A stretch of DNA of 63,225 nucleotides, filler included, from Octopus bimaculoides (lineage: Eukaryota), in NCBI RefSeq assembly GCF_001194135.2. It is 6 parts of 6 records of this genome, joined end to end, with 100 filler letters (N's around TTAATTAATTAA, not from the genome) between each part and the next. Parts side by side here need not be neighbours in the genome. Positions count along the whole stretch, not along the records: positions 24,521 to 50,073 come from NC_068989.1; positions 50,174 to 54,324 come from NC_068988.1; positions 54,425 to 57,483 come from NC_069010.1; positions 57,584 to 63,225 come from NC_069002.1; 2 more parts are not named here. One strand, given 5' to 3'. The notes under the pieces are model-generated. The model was not told where the DNA came from. It was given only the letters and a program-made list of their open reading frames with translations, and ran no database searches. Every line of letters starts with the position of its first letter. Position 1 is the stretch's first letter. Below, in pieces: positions 49,009 through 61,840 of the stretch. The position numbers and the translations under genes were made by a program.

Positions 49009-49553
49009 ATACATGTACATGTGTCAATCCAAATGCAGGTGTGGCTTTATAGTAAGTGGTTTGCTTCTCAACCACATGGCTCCAGGTTCAGTAGAACAGC
49101 GTGACACCATGGGCAAGTGACCCCCACTGTAGCCCCCCAGGGTCAGCTCAGTTCTTTGTGAGTGGGTTCGATAAACAGAAACCCGTATATATATATATAT
49201 ATATATATAGCCGATAGAATAAGTACCAAACTTTAAAAATGTAAGTACAGGGTCCTATTTGTTCGAGAAACACCCACCATGGCCGGGCCGCAGTTCAATG
49301 ACTTGAAACAAGCAAAAAATTAAAAACAAAATGTGTCACACCTCAAGCTGGGAACGATCATCCATTCGGGTGAGAGAAAGATTACGACGTCATAGGTAAA
49401 TACCCGTACTCGTGTGTACCTTGCTTTCTAACTGTGTAGTTTCGGGTTCAGCTCCACTAGGGAAGTGTTATCTGCAAGAATTTGAGAGAATTTCATAGAT
49501 GGAAACACGGGAACTATGGCGAAGCATGTTGCATGCATACATACATACATACA

Positions 49554-49585
<32 letters not shown>

Positions 49586-50034
49586 GAGGGACAGATAGTG
49601 CGTCGATATCCAGCTGGAACCGATGCTTTCTGAGGCTAAATAACAGTAATATTCGTCCTAACCAGGACTGCCACATTATGCCGGCAAATAATCTTTACGC
49701 TAGAGTACTGTTACTGAATGTTTCTCGTTAAGAGATTTAGAAATTGTATTTTTACTATTTATGAGATCAGTGACTGTGTCACTTTGAAAATCATATTTTT
49801 CGAACACGAATTTAGTATCGCCATCTCTAACCAAGCTTATTCTGTGTTGATGAAGAAAAATAACCCAGAAACCATTGTTACACAGATATTGCTCTGAGCT
49901 GAGTGGGGAAATTAAGCTGCCTTTTTTGAAAATATAAGGACGCAGATAGTGTGTCAATAGCCAACTGGAGACGATGTTTCTTGGGGCTAAATAACAGTAA
50001 ATTCGTCCTAATTAGGACTGCCACATCATCTTTT

Positions 50035-50073
<39 letters not shown>

Positions 50074-50173
50074 NNNNNNNNNNNNNNNNNNNNNNNNNNN
50101 NNNNNNNNNNNNNNNNNTTAATTAATTAANNNNNNNNNNNNNNNNNNNNNNNNNNNNNNNNNNNNNNNNNNNN

Positions 50174-51359
50174 ATCATCACTGAATGCTTTCACAGTATG
50201 TAGTAGTCCTTGAAGCTCTTCATCATCTTTGCCATATAGCTTTAAATCATCCATATAAAATAGATGGCTTATTTTCTTGTTGTCAATTTTGTAGCCATAC
50301 CTTGTTCTATTCAGTTCACGTGAGTGGTATTAGTGCTATGCAGAAAATTAGTGGTGGAAGCGAGTCACCCTGGAAAATGCCACAGTTTATGCTAATATTG
50401 TTTGAGTGCAATACTCCAGTAGAATGATATAATTGCAGCTTCGTGTTCCATAGTGACATATTATACTTTAAAAAATCTGAAATCACAGGAGTAATTTTGA
50501 AAATGTCCAGCGATTTCAGAATCCACGAATGTGGTATGCTGTCAAAGGCCTTTTTATAATCAATCCATGAAGAGCTGAGATTTCTGCGCTTGTTATGGCA
50601 GTTCTCAAGGATCATGCGATTAATTAAGAGCTGATCTTTGCATCCGTATGAGTCTCGTCTGCATCCTTTTTGTTCAGTGGGAAAGAGGTTATTCTCTTCC
50701 AAAAGCGTATATGTTTTCTCCACNNNNNNNNNNNNNNNNNNNNNNNNNNNNNNNNNNNNNNNNNNNNNNNNNNNNNNNNNNNNNNNNNNNNNNNNNNNNN
50801 NNNNNNNNNNNNNNNNNNNNNNNNNNNNNNNNNNNNNNNNNNNNNNNNNNNNNNNNNNNNNNNNNNNNNNNNNNNNNNNNNNNNNNNNNNNNNNNNNNNN
50901 NNNNNNNNNNNNNNNNNNNNNNNNNNNNNNNNNNNNNNNNNNNNNNNNNNNNNNNNNNNNNNNNNNNNNNNNNNNNNNNNNNNNNNNNNNNNNNNNNNNN
51001 NNNNNNNNNNNNNNNNNNNNNNNNNNNNNNNNNCTTGTAGATTTTTGTAGGCATCTTGGGTGCGTTTGATCCAGTCTGCATTTTCATTGTATGGTTTCTC
51101 ATCACTCCAGATCCCTTTCCAAAAATGTTCAACTTCTTCCATTAGGGGTGGATTTTCAATGGTTATTTTTTCTTTCCCTATTTCCCTGTAAAATGATTTG
51201 GCATTGGATTTGAACATCTTATTTTGCCTGTAGAATCTGATTCTTTTCTCAAATCTGCGTATTCTCTGAGCCTTCGCTTGAACTTTCTGTTTCAGTGTTT
51301 CATTCGCTGACATTAGTTCTTCTCTTGTTGAGAGTCCATATTTTCTCATGATCTTCCTG

Positions 51360-51360
<1 letters not shown>
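50174..51360 (-). mobile_element. R4/Dong-clade LINE RT fragment, gapped
   Basis: EQKGCRRDSYGCKDQLLIN, WIDYKKAFDSIPHSWI, GIFQGDSLPPLIFCIALIPL, and upstream LKQKVQAKAQRIRRF. Confidence 0.9.
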
Positions 51361-51390
<30 letters not shown>

Positions 51391-51447
51391 CATCATTATT
51401 ATTATTATATTATTATTATCATCATCATCATCTTCATTATTATTATA

Positions 51448-51500
<53 letters not shown>

Positions 51501-51710
51501 CTTTTTTTATTTTTTTTTTAGCATCATCATAATTTTTTTTTTTTGTAAGCCTGTCACTTATTCCGTCGGTCTATTCTGCCAAATCGCTAGTGTACGGTGG
51601 ACATGAACAAACCAACACCAGCTGTCAAGCGTTGTTCTTTGACAAACGCCAACACAAAGACACACATTCGCACATACATACATAGATACATACATACATG
51701 CATGCACACA

Positions 51711-51743
<33 letters not shown>

Positions 51744-51770
51744 GGGTGTAAGTGCGCGTATGTTTGTATG

Positions 51771-51802
<32 letters not shown>

Positions 51803-51958
51803 ATTAGGTAGGTAGGGAGGGAGGAAGGTGTGTGTGTGTGTATACATATGTAACTACACATTACCACAAGGTATTATCACAAGTCGGTCCAAGATATAAT
51901 GCAAGACACTTGCCTAAGATGGCAGCAAAGCAAGCTTCTTTGCCAAGCAGCCATTCTA

Positions 51959-51994
<36 letters not shown>

Positions 51995-52259
51995 ACACAC
52001 ACACACACACATACACACATACACACACACGTATATTATTATATTTATAAGAATATGGATTCAAAAATCAAATAAAGCTCACAGAAAAATCCCTGCTTGG
52101 TGCGTGGCTAACGAGAAAAACCGTGGTTAGGGACATGTTTTCAATGTCATTTTCAGAATCCAGGAATGATGGAAAGTGTGTATTAAAAACTGACCAGATA
52201 AGCGAAGGATAGAGTGAGAGTAGTTCTTTACTCCATTAGTTCACTGCTGTTCCTTAATC

Positions 52260-52554
52260 CAGGGGTTTTCAAACTTTTTGACTTGCGGACCCCTTTATAT
52301 TTCAGGCTTTACCTTAGGGACCCCTTTATAAAAGCTTATGAAATTTATACATAAATATTTGCTTAAAATAACATATTTTTACATTTGTTTATTTAACAGT
52401 ATTTAGCAAATAGGTTTATTGTCAATTAAAAGATTTCGATTAAAAACCATATATAAAATCAAATTACCCATAAAAAGTATTTGTTGTTCACGGACCCCCT
52501 GTCTTGTCCTTGCGGACCCCCTGTGGTCCGCGGACCACAGTTTGAAAACCATTG
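52260..52554. mobile_element. hAT-type MITE
   Basis: TIRs caggggttttcaaact and agtttgaaaaccattg. Perfect 8-bp TSD ccttaatc at 52252-52259 and 52555-52562. Confidence 0.92.
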
Positions 52555-52599
52555 CCTTAATCTATGTTAGTTACATAAGCGCAACGTCATCCGTCACAC

Positions 52600-52785
<186 letters not shown>

Positions 52786-52950
52786 ATACATATATAAATT
52801 AAATAAAATGTGTTTATTATTAGCATAATGACCCTTCCAAAATAAGTGTGATACATCATAACAAAAAATGTTGTACAAGCCACAGGTTCTGTATTTTCAT
52901 GAAGTTTTAGATTTTAATGTTTTTTTATCTTTTATGTTTTTTTTTATCTG

Positions 52951-53342
52951 TTACTTGTTTCAGTCATTAGACTGCGGCTATTCTGGAGCACCACCTTGAA
53001 GGGTTTCTTCTAACAGATATACTCCAGTATCTATTTTAAAGCCTGATACTTATTCCGTGGGTTACTTTTGGCATATTGCTACGTGACAGGACGCAAACAA
53101 ACCAATACCGGTTGTCAAGCCATGGTGGGGGAAAAACACGCACGCGTGCACACGCACACACACATATACATACATATATTTATGACGGGCTTCCACACAG
53201 TTTTCATCAACCAAATTCACTCACAAGGAATTGGTTGGTCGGCCCAGGACTATCTATAGTAGACTACACTTGCCCAAAGTGCCACGCAGTAGTACCGAAT
53301 CGCAAACCCGTATGATTGCAAAGCGACGTTTTTTAACCATAC
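52951..53342 (-). mobile_element. SINE A, full length, diverged
   Basis: Tail, (CA)/(TA) run and head in the expected order. Confidence 0.82.
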
Positions 53343-53754
53343 TGTGGAGAGAAAATCGTTTTTTTTTAAATAATTTTTTTAATGATGACTAATTGAAGCG
53401 TGTAAATATTACTTAAGAACAAAACAACATTGTTTATTAAAAATACATATATCAAAATTCAATATATTGATCTCTTGCATTGAATATTGATATCGAACTG
53501 AATGTAGTTCATTAAACATTTATATGATTTATATAGATACATATTTAATATTCTAATGTCAGCCAAGTACTGGGATGGGAAGCGATATGATCGAGTGTTC
53601 GCTCTCATTCACCCTCCCCAATCAACGCTACCCACCTCACATAATGTGTGATTTTATACCCAAGTTAGAAATCAATATTTTTGTCTTGATACTTATAAAT
53701 ACTATTTGGTTTCTCTAATCGTTTAAGTGAACATGTCAATAATAATGATTTCAA

Positions 53755-55330
53755 ATTTTAACACAAGGTCAGTAATTTTAAAAAAGGGATAAGTCGATTA
53801 CATAGACCCCAGCTTTCAGCTGGTACTTATTTCATCGATCCAGAAAGAATTCGAACTCAGAACACCAGGACGGACAAAATGCCGCTAAGCATTTTATCCG
53901 GCGTGCTAACGATTCTGCCAGCTCGCCGCCTCAATAATCCTTTCTACTATAAGCACAAGGTCGACCCTAGTATGCAACTGGTACTTAATTTATCGACCCC
54001 GAAAAGATGAAAGGTGAAGTCAACCTCAGCGGAATTTGAACTCAGAACGTATCGACGGGTGAAATAGTGCCAAGCATTTCATCCAGCGTGCTAACGATTC
54101 GGCTAGCTCACCGCCTTTGGCCGCCTCATTAATAAAAATAATAGCTTCAAATTTTGGCACAAGGCCAGCAATTTCGAGGAATTACTGAGGTCGATTACAA
54201 CAACCCAGTGTTTTACTGGTACTTATTTTAACGAGCTCTGAAGGATGAAAGTCGACCTCGGTGATATTTGAACTCAGAACGTAAAGACAGACGAAATGTA
54301 GCTTTGCCTGGGCATGGAATGATGNNNNNNNNNNNNNNNNNNNNNNNNNNNNNNNNNNNNNNNNNNNNTTAATTAATTAANNNNNNNNNNNNNNNNNNNN
54401 NNNNNNNNNNNNNNNNNNNNNNNNTACATTCATTACTGAAAGTCCATTTTCCATGAACACACACCACCTTCGTTTCCTTCCCATCATGCACTTTGACCTT
54501 TTAATAAATAATAATTAAAAAAATGTTGTTAATAATAATAAAAATAAAGACAAAAAAAAACTGACAACTGAAGTTTTTCTATTTATGAATCAACAATGTC
54601 TTTTACACTGTGTCTTTCTCAGTGTTTTTGTTTGTTGTTTTTCCTTTTATTTTTGTGTGTTTTTTTTTTGTATCTAATCTTTAGCATGATGGTTTTTAAG
54701 TTTAATTCAGATTATAATGATAAGGATAAAAATCCTTTCTACTATAAGCCTAAGACCAGCTATTTTGAAGGGAGGGTGAAGCCCTTTACATTGGGCCCAG
54801 TGCAGAACTGGTACTTGTTTCATCACCACCTAAAAGGATGAAAAGCAAAGTCCAACCTCAGTGGGATTTGAACTCAGGACGTAAAGACGGACAAGATGCT
54901 GTTGAAAATTGTTGTCTGGTGTGCTAACAATTCTGCCAGCTTGCTGTCTTAACCACAACAACAACGAAAATGATGATAATTTCAAATGGTATTTGTTTTA
55001 TCGACCCTGATAGGGTGAAAGTCAGAGTCAACCTTGGCGGAATTTGAACTCAGAACTTAAAGATGAACGAAATAATGAGGATAATAATAATGATAATAAT
55101 AATTATTTCTTTATTGCCCACAAGGGGCTAAACATAGAGGAGACAAACAAGGACAGGTAAACGGATTAAGTCGATTACATCGATCCCCAGTGTGTAGCTG
55201 GTACTTATTTAATCGACCTCGAAAGGATGAAAGGCAAAGTCGACCTCGGCGGAATTTGAACTCAGAACGTAACGGCAGACGAAATACCGCTAAGCATTTC
55301 GCCCGGCGTGCTAACGATTCTGCCAGCTCG
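53755..55330 (-). mobile_element. Stack of six same-orientation SINE B-type copies
   Basis: Copies near 53755-53930, 53935-54118, 54140-54300, 54725-54950, 54980-55075 and 55103-55330 (young). Confidence 0.85.
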
Positions 55331-55333
55331 CAG

Positions 55334-55520
55334 AATAATAATAAGATGTGTTTATTAATTGACATGAGTATTCTTTGTGATCATAATATAGCGGCGAAAG
55401 AATTTGACAAGATCAGTAAATATAAAGACTTGCTAATAGAAATTGAAAAAAATGAGGCATCTCAAGGCGACTACCGTACCAGTGATTGTAGGATCTCTAG
55501 GATCCTTAAAAATAATATGG
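55334..55520 (+). mobile_element. R4/Dong RLE fragment
   Basis: KMCLLIDMSILCDHNIAAKEFDKISKYKDLLIEIEK. Confidence 0.8.
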
Positions 55521-55819
55521 CTGTCCAGTAACGTATTTTTCTGCACTATATGGATAATTTATCCTGCTCACGCTATTTTATAGCATTATCACGCGTTTGA
55601 GAAATAAATTTATTTCTGTATCTTACAATACATCTCAACGCTTCTAAAAAAACAAACTTTGTTTGTCTACTTTCATCGTAAAGTTGAATTTAATAATGAC
55701 AATAATACTGCGAGTGATTTCGACTGTACTGATTTTTGAATTTCCAAAGGTGAATTATTAACCTTCATTTTCCTAAAAATTCCTCTCGACATGTGACTAT
55801 GATGCTTCTCCACTACTTT

Positions 55820-55990
55820 TAGAAGTGTCTCTTGGCAGATATCAGCTGAAAGGGAGAACTTCCTAGTTCTGAGAATCGAGGAACAGTGACACTACTAAGA
55901 AAGAACCAAAACCACTGAGATCACATTGATAAAGTTTCGGCCCATAACTCGAAGTAGTTTTCGTTGATGTTCCTGCTTAAAATCCCCAGG
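55820..55990 (+). mobile_element. L1/Tx1-like LINE RT fragment
   Basis: RGTVTLLRKNQNH*DHID, then a frameshift to KFRPIT. Confidence 0.5.
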
Positions 55991-56043
55991 AAGTGGATAA
56001 GGATGCTGCATTATACTTCAAAGCTTAAAAATAAAGGAATGTG

Positions 56044-56079
56044 TCTTGACGTTTCGGATGCAAAACCTTCATCAGAAAA
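56044..56079 (-). ncRNA. Minimal hammerhead ribozyme at the end of a Penelope-like C-rich UTR
   Basis: tttt-CTGATGA-a-GG-ttttgcat-CC-GAAAC-GTC-aaga. Palindromic ACGT stem III and GUC cleavage triplet at 56050-56048. Pyrimidine-rich UTR-like sequence lies upstream (to about 56460). Confidence 0.75.
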
Positions 56080-56854
56080 AAAAAATGAGAAAGGGCAGTT
56101 AGAAGAAATAGAAATGTTAGAGACCAGGTGGGAATGCAGATCTATGATGGGGCTAGGAATGAGAACGAAACAGGGTGGAATCTGCATATATAGGAGGGTA
56201 TCTATGTAGAGAAATGTACATAAGGGGAGCTATGTGTGTGTATTGGAAAGGGGGTGGGTAGTTGTGTGGAGATGTGCACGTATAAGAGTATAGTGGCGTG
56301 GGGTAGTGTTGGAGGAGGGTGTGTAGGTGCAACTGTATTGTAGGTGAGAGGAAGGTGTGGAGGGAGGATAATATGGCAGGCGTGGGCGTGAGGAGAAATG
56401 GAAGGGAAGAAAACTGCGGTATTTAAGAAAAAACTGGCATAAATTGTGAAAAATATTTAAAGATAGTAGAATGAAAACGCTGGCGAAAGTGGAAGAAGTA
56501 AAAAAGTACAATGTCAGGAGAAAGTGATAAAAGAAGGGTTAAAATAAAACAGATAAGAAAGGGTTGGCAAAATGGTCGCCGAAAGAAAAACAAAAGGGAA
56601 ACAGATGAAGAATCAATTTGTGGTTAAACACTGAGTGTTTAACTTATTTTATTTATAGAAAAGAAAAATAAGAAAAGAAAACCATGAAAAGCACAAGAGT
56701 CAGTGAGGGTTACAAGATAATTGCAAATTGGTCGTCGCACCGGTGGATGGTGAAAGCAAACTGTTATAGTTTTTGTTTTCAAAAGGATTATGAAACGTGG
56801 TCTACCATGTGGTCTATTTCTAGCACATTAAATGTCCACTTTAGTGGTCATCGT

Positions 56855-56908
<54 letters not shown>

Positions 56909-57204
56909 TACATACATACATACATTCACACACTCACTCACACACACGTATACATACACAAATCGAACATAAAAAATAAACAAATAACAAAGCAACAAAA
57001 GGACGTACATATAGAATGTATAAGCTTGATGCTCAGTAAAGGTAGAAAAAAAAACAAAAAAAGAGTAGCTATTTGTACGTCTCGAGCTCAGTTCTTTGTC
57101 AGAAAGAGGAGAAAGGAAAGGGCTGGTGAAGGAAAAGCAAATTTCAGAAAGCATGTGTGTGGTCACATGGCTGAAATGACCGGAAGTGATATTATATATA
57201 TATA

Positions 57205-57483
57205 TACTCTTTTACTCTTTTACTTGTTTCAGTCTTTTGACTGTGGCCATGCTGGAGCACCGCCTTTAGTCGAGCAAATCGACCCCAGGACTTATTCTTT
57301 GGAAACCTAGTACTTATTCCATCGGTCTCTTTTGCCGAACCGCTAAGTTACGGGGACATAAACACACCAGCATCGGTTGTCAAGCGATGTTGGGGGACAA
57401 ACACATACACACACACACATATATATATATACATATATACGACAGGCTTCTTTCAGTTTCCGTCTACCAAATCCACTCACAAG
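57205..57483 (-). mobile_element. SINE A, tail and body up to a gap
   Basis: Near-identical to the tail at 11722-11869. Confidence 0.92.
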
Positions 57484-57617
57484 NNNNNNNNNNNNNNNNN
57501 NNNNNNNNNNNNNNNNNNNNNNNNNNNTTAATTAATTAANNNNNNNNNNNNNNNNNNNNNNNNNNNNNNNNNNNNNNNNNNNNTATATATACATATACAT
57601 ACATACATGCTTATTTC

Positions 57618-57649
<32 letters not shown>

Positions 57650-57729
57650 ATGTGTATATATATACACATATATGCATATACATATACATATATGCATATG
57701 TATATACATATACATATATACATATGTAT

Positions 57730-57766
<37 letters not shown>

Positions 57767-57862
57767 TGTGCATGTATGTACATATGTATCTACATATATG
57801 CATATATATGCCCATATATGCGTATATATATGTACATACACACACACACACACATACATACA

Positions 57863-57898
<36 letters not shown>

Positions 57899-57900
57899 TA

Positions 57901-59090
57901 TATTCTGTTGTGTCTGGGGAGAGTCATTTTCTTTTTGTGCCTTATAATTTAACACACTCAGTGGTAAAATTTCCACTTATTTCTTATTTTTATTTTCCTA
58001 AAATTTTCGTTGCATCTTGCAATCTTTTTAATAGTTTTGACTCTGTCCGTTATTTAGACTGCGTTCCTTTTCGTTTGTTTGTGCGCATATGTATACATGT
58101 ATGTATGTGTGTGCATCTATATGTGTTTTCTGCATATTCATGTGCTTGCATGTCTGTTCATATAACCTATGTACCTATCCGTCTGTATGTTGATCTGTTT
58201 ATTTTCATATTCATATGCTTACATACATGTGCATATACACATATACACATACACCCCACTACCCCCCCCCACACACACATAGATACATCTATCTACATAA
58301 CAGCCCACTGACTATTCTACTCTACCTGTGTAAACTGTGGGCACGGGGGTATGATATCTACTATGTATATTTCTTATTTAGTATTGGGGAAGTTTGATTT
58401 ATAAGGACGTACTCCCGTATTTGTCTGAGTGTTGGATCTTTTGGGTGCTTGGATAAGATGCAGATGTCAAGTTGACCCAAGTTGCCTCCATGTTGGTCTT
58501 TGGCATGTTGGTAGAGGATAGAGGACTGTTTTTCGTCGTCATATTGTCTCAGATGTTCATTTAGTCGTTCCGCAATGCTCTTAGATGTCTCCCCTATGTG
58601 TGTCATGTTCATGTCTTTAGAAGCACTTTCTATGCATCTTATGCTGTAAACCACATTTCTTGTTCTACAATTAATACCAGGGTTAATCTTACATACCATG
58701 CAGTTATCATTAGTGCAAATGGTATTCTGATCTGACGGAGTTCCCTGGATTTTCAACAATCTTAATGTTGAGTTTGGTCTCCTTCAGAGCTTTTCTAAAT
58801 CTACGGGCTAGTTCTCCACGGGCTGTGGCCTCTACAGACATCACTCCTTTATATTTGTCGGTTTTATACCACGTGTCCGCCCTGTTTGCTTTGTCACAAG
58901 TTCTTTGTATCCTATTCCATTCTTTGTTTCTATATCTAGGGCAGGTACCACTGGTATCATTACATATAATGTTATCTAATTTCCTTCTAGCACACCTGTA
59001 TACTCGAACCCTATCTTTCTGATCATATCCAGAGAACTGAATGCGGTGCCTGAAGTTCTGTATATGCATTTCGTTTCATACGGTTCGCAT
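57901..59090 (-). mobile_element. Penelope-like retroelement, 5' truncated: RT thumb, Zn-finger, GIY-YIG and 3' UTR
   Basis: VMSVEATARGELARRFRKAL, then CTNDNCMVC...CRTRNVVYSIRC...HIGETSKSIAERLNEH...RQIREYVLIN...ILN. Confidence 0.88.
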
Positions 59091-59188
59091 AGTGGGGACA
59101 CATTTTTCATTATTCTAACTAAGTTTGCTATCAGTATGTTAATTTCCAAGCTGAGTTCTTGTGAACAACATATTTTAAAGGAAATTTT

Positions 59189-59345
59189 ATTTTACGAAAA
59201 TAAAAATAAGAAATAAGTGGAAATTTTACCGGTGAGTGTGTTAAATTATAGGACACAAAAAGAAAATGACTCTCCCCAGACATAACAGAATATGCTTCAA
59301 CACACGAACTCACATCAAGTATCTTGCAAACCAAATCCCAAAACG
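59189..59345 (+). repeat. Inverted copy of the Penelope-like 3' terminal repeat
   Basis: 59189-59292 is the reverse complement of 57901-58004 with 6 mismatches in 104 bp. Confidence 0.88.
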
Positions 59346-61470
59346 AAATGCATATATATATATATGTATGTATATATATATATATANNNNNNNNNNNNNN
59401 NNNNNNNNNNNNNNNNNNNNNNNNNNNNNNNNNNNNNNNNNNNNNNNNNNNNNNNNNNNNNNNNNNNNNNNNNNNNNNNNNNNNNNNNNNNNNNNNNNNN
59501 NNNNNNNNNNNNNNNNNNNNNNNNNNNNNNNNNNNNNNNNNNNNNNNNNNNNNNNNNNNNNNNNNNNNNNNNNNNNNNNNNNNNNNNNNNNNNNNNNNNN
59601 NNNNNNNNNNNNNNNNNNNNNNNNNNNNNNNNNNNNNNNNNNNNNNNNNNNNNNNNNNNNNNNNNNNNNNNNNNNNNNNNNNNNNNNNNNNNNNNNNNNN
59701 NNNNNNNNNNNNNNNNNNNNNNNNNNNNNNNNNNNNNNNNNNNNNNNNNNNNNNNNNNNNNNNNNNNNNNNNNNNNNNNNNNNNNNNNNNNNNNNNNNNN
59801 NNNNNNNNNNNNNNNNNNNNNNNNNNNNNNNNNNNNNNNNNNNNNNNNNNNNNNNNNNNNNNNNNNNNNNNNNNNNNNNNNNNNNNNNNNNNNNNNNNNN
59901 NNNNNNNNNNNNNNNNNNNNNNNNNNNNNNNNNNNNNNNNNNNNNNNNNNNNNNNNNNNNNNNNNNNNNNNNNNNNNNNNNNNNNNNNNNNNNNNNNNNN
60001 NNNNNNNNNNNNNNNNNNNNNNNNNNNNNNNNNNNNNNNNNNNNNNNNNNNNNNNNNNNNNNNNNNNNNNNNNNNNNNNNNNNNNNNNNNNNNNNNNNNN
60101 NNNNNNNNNNNNNNNNNNNNNNNNNNNNNNNNNNNNNNNNNNNNNNNNNNNNNNNNNNNNNNNNNNNNTATATATATATATATATATATATATGCATGTA
60201 TGTATGTATTGTATGCATGCATGTATTGCACTTTTCTATTGTATGTTGTCGTTGACATATCTAACATGGTATTGACACCATGACGTTGTTAATAACTAAC
60301 CTGCCCTTCGTTACCGTTGAAGTAGCTGACAATAACATATGCTAATTCTCACCACGACTTCATTTAATGTCTCTTAAATCTCGGAATGTAAAGTTATATA
60401 TTCGTTTTTTATCTCTATTTGACTGGATATGGAGAGAAAATAATTGTCACTGAAAGACATCAATCCTCACTAGAAAACTTCAACATGAGGTCAGACAAAT
60501 CGTAAAACAATTTAATTATGATGAAACAATCAGACTCAACAACAATTAATTCTTAAAGTTATTTTTAATGAAGCACATATGAGTGGGTGAGTGAGAGAGA
60601 GAGAGAGAAAGGGGGAGAGAGACAGACAGAGAAAAGTATTGATGGAGAGACGGTTTGTAATGTAGAGCGACAGTTTCCCAGAATGAAATATATACATTAC
60701 ATCGTTTAACTGATTTATTGTCTGATATTTCTTTTCTGGCGAACATTTGTTGTGCAGCAGCAGCCACTGCAGTTCAATGCTGGAGTAGGGAAACTCTAGA
60801 TTATCTCACCTTTGAACACCAAATTATTACAGGAAAATGCTGATGCAGACCTGATGAACCGTGGGCTGTAGTGGTTACGGTATGTTCTTCTTCCTTACCT
60901 ACTTACAAGTAGCCAGAATGGGTCATGGAAATGTTATTGTCTTGTTCAGAGATCTACAGTAATACAGGTGATAGTAATAGTACTATTAAATTCATGTCCA
61001 TCTACAGGGTCCATGTTTACTTAAGATCACTGCCTGCTTCTTTTAGACGCCCCTTATTACTTTTCTGTAAAGTCTGTCTCTATAACTTGGTGTAGAGTCC
61101 TCATGTTGATCTAACGTAACAGTGTTATTTTCCATTCACAGATTTTCTTGGACCCTAGCCATTTGGTTAGTAACATACACTTAATATATTTCTGCAGCAA
61201 CAATGACTAGGTCGATTATAATGAGAAAAGAAAAAAATCCATTTATTCTTATGTATGAGAATAGATGGATTTTAATGTTGACACAGGATGGCCATCAAGT
61301 TTCAGTTGAAAATTTGTTAACGCAAACCCTTCCAATTTTGCAATTGCCAATTATACTTTTTTAGTGCCAAAAGACATTTAAATCGCAAATTCCAGGCCAC
61401 CAAGTGAGCATATAACAGTGCAATATTGCGCACTGCTGTCATATAAACTGATACATTGATACATTATCAA

Positions 61471-61624
61471 TCAGGTCACTGCGTGGAATTGAACTCGGAA
61501 TCTTGGGGATAGTAGGCCGCGCTCTCAACCACTACGCCGTATGTCCGTGCCAGGCATATGGCGTAGTGGTTAAGAGCGCGTACTAACCCCAAGATTCCGA
61601 GTTCAATTTCAGGCAGTGACCTGA
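61471..61624. mobile_element. Head-to-head palindrome of two tRNA-like SINE heads
   Basis: 61471-61543 is the reverse complement of 61555-61624 at about 88% identity. Each arm has an A box (TGGCGTAGTGG; CGGCGTAGTGG in the left arm) and a B box (GAGTTCAATT). Confidence 0.85.
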
Positions 61625-61629
61625 ATGAA

Positions 61630-61697
<68 letters not shown>

Positions 61698-61728
61698 TGA
61701 TGATAATAATAATAATAAATAATAATTA

Positions 61729-61813
<85 letters not shown>

Positions 61814-61840
61814 TAATAATAATAATAATGATAATAATAA
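61630..61840. repeat. (AAT)n microsatellite
   Basis: Directly visible. Confidence 0.97.

Noticed and set aside
58000-58035. Minus-strand TTGC-AAGAT-GCAAC-GAAA hairpin in the Penelope-like UTR
   Set aside because: It resembles hammerhead stem II plus GAAA but lacks CUGANGA, so it cannot be called a ribozyme.
60832-60960. 47-nt candidate micro-exons on both strands
   Set aside because: Splice-like signals of this strength are expected by chance in AT-rich DNA.
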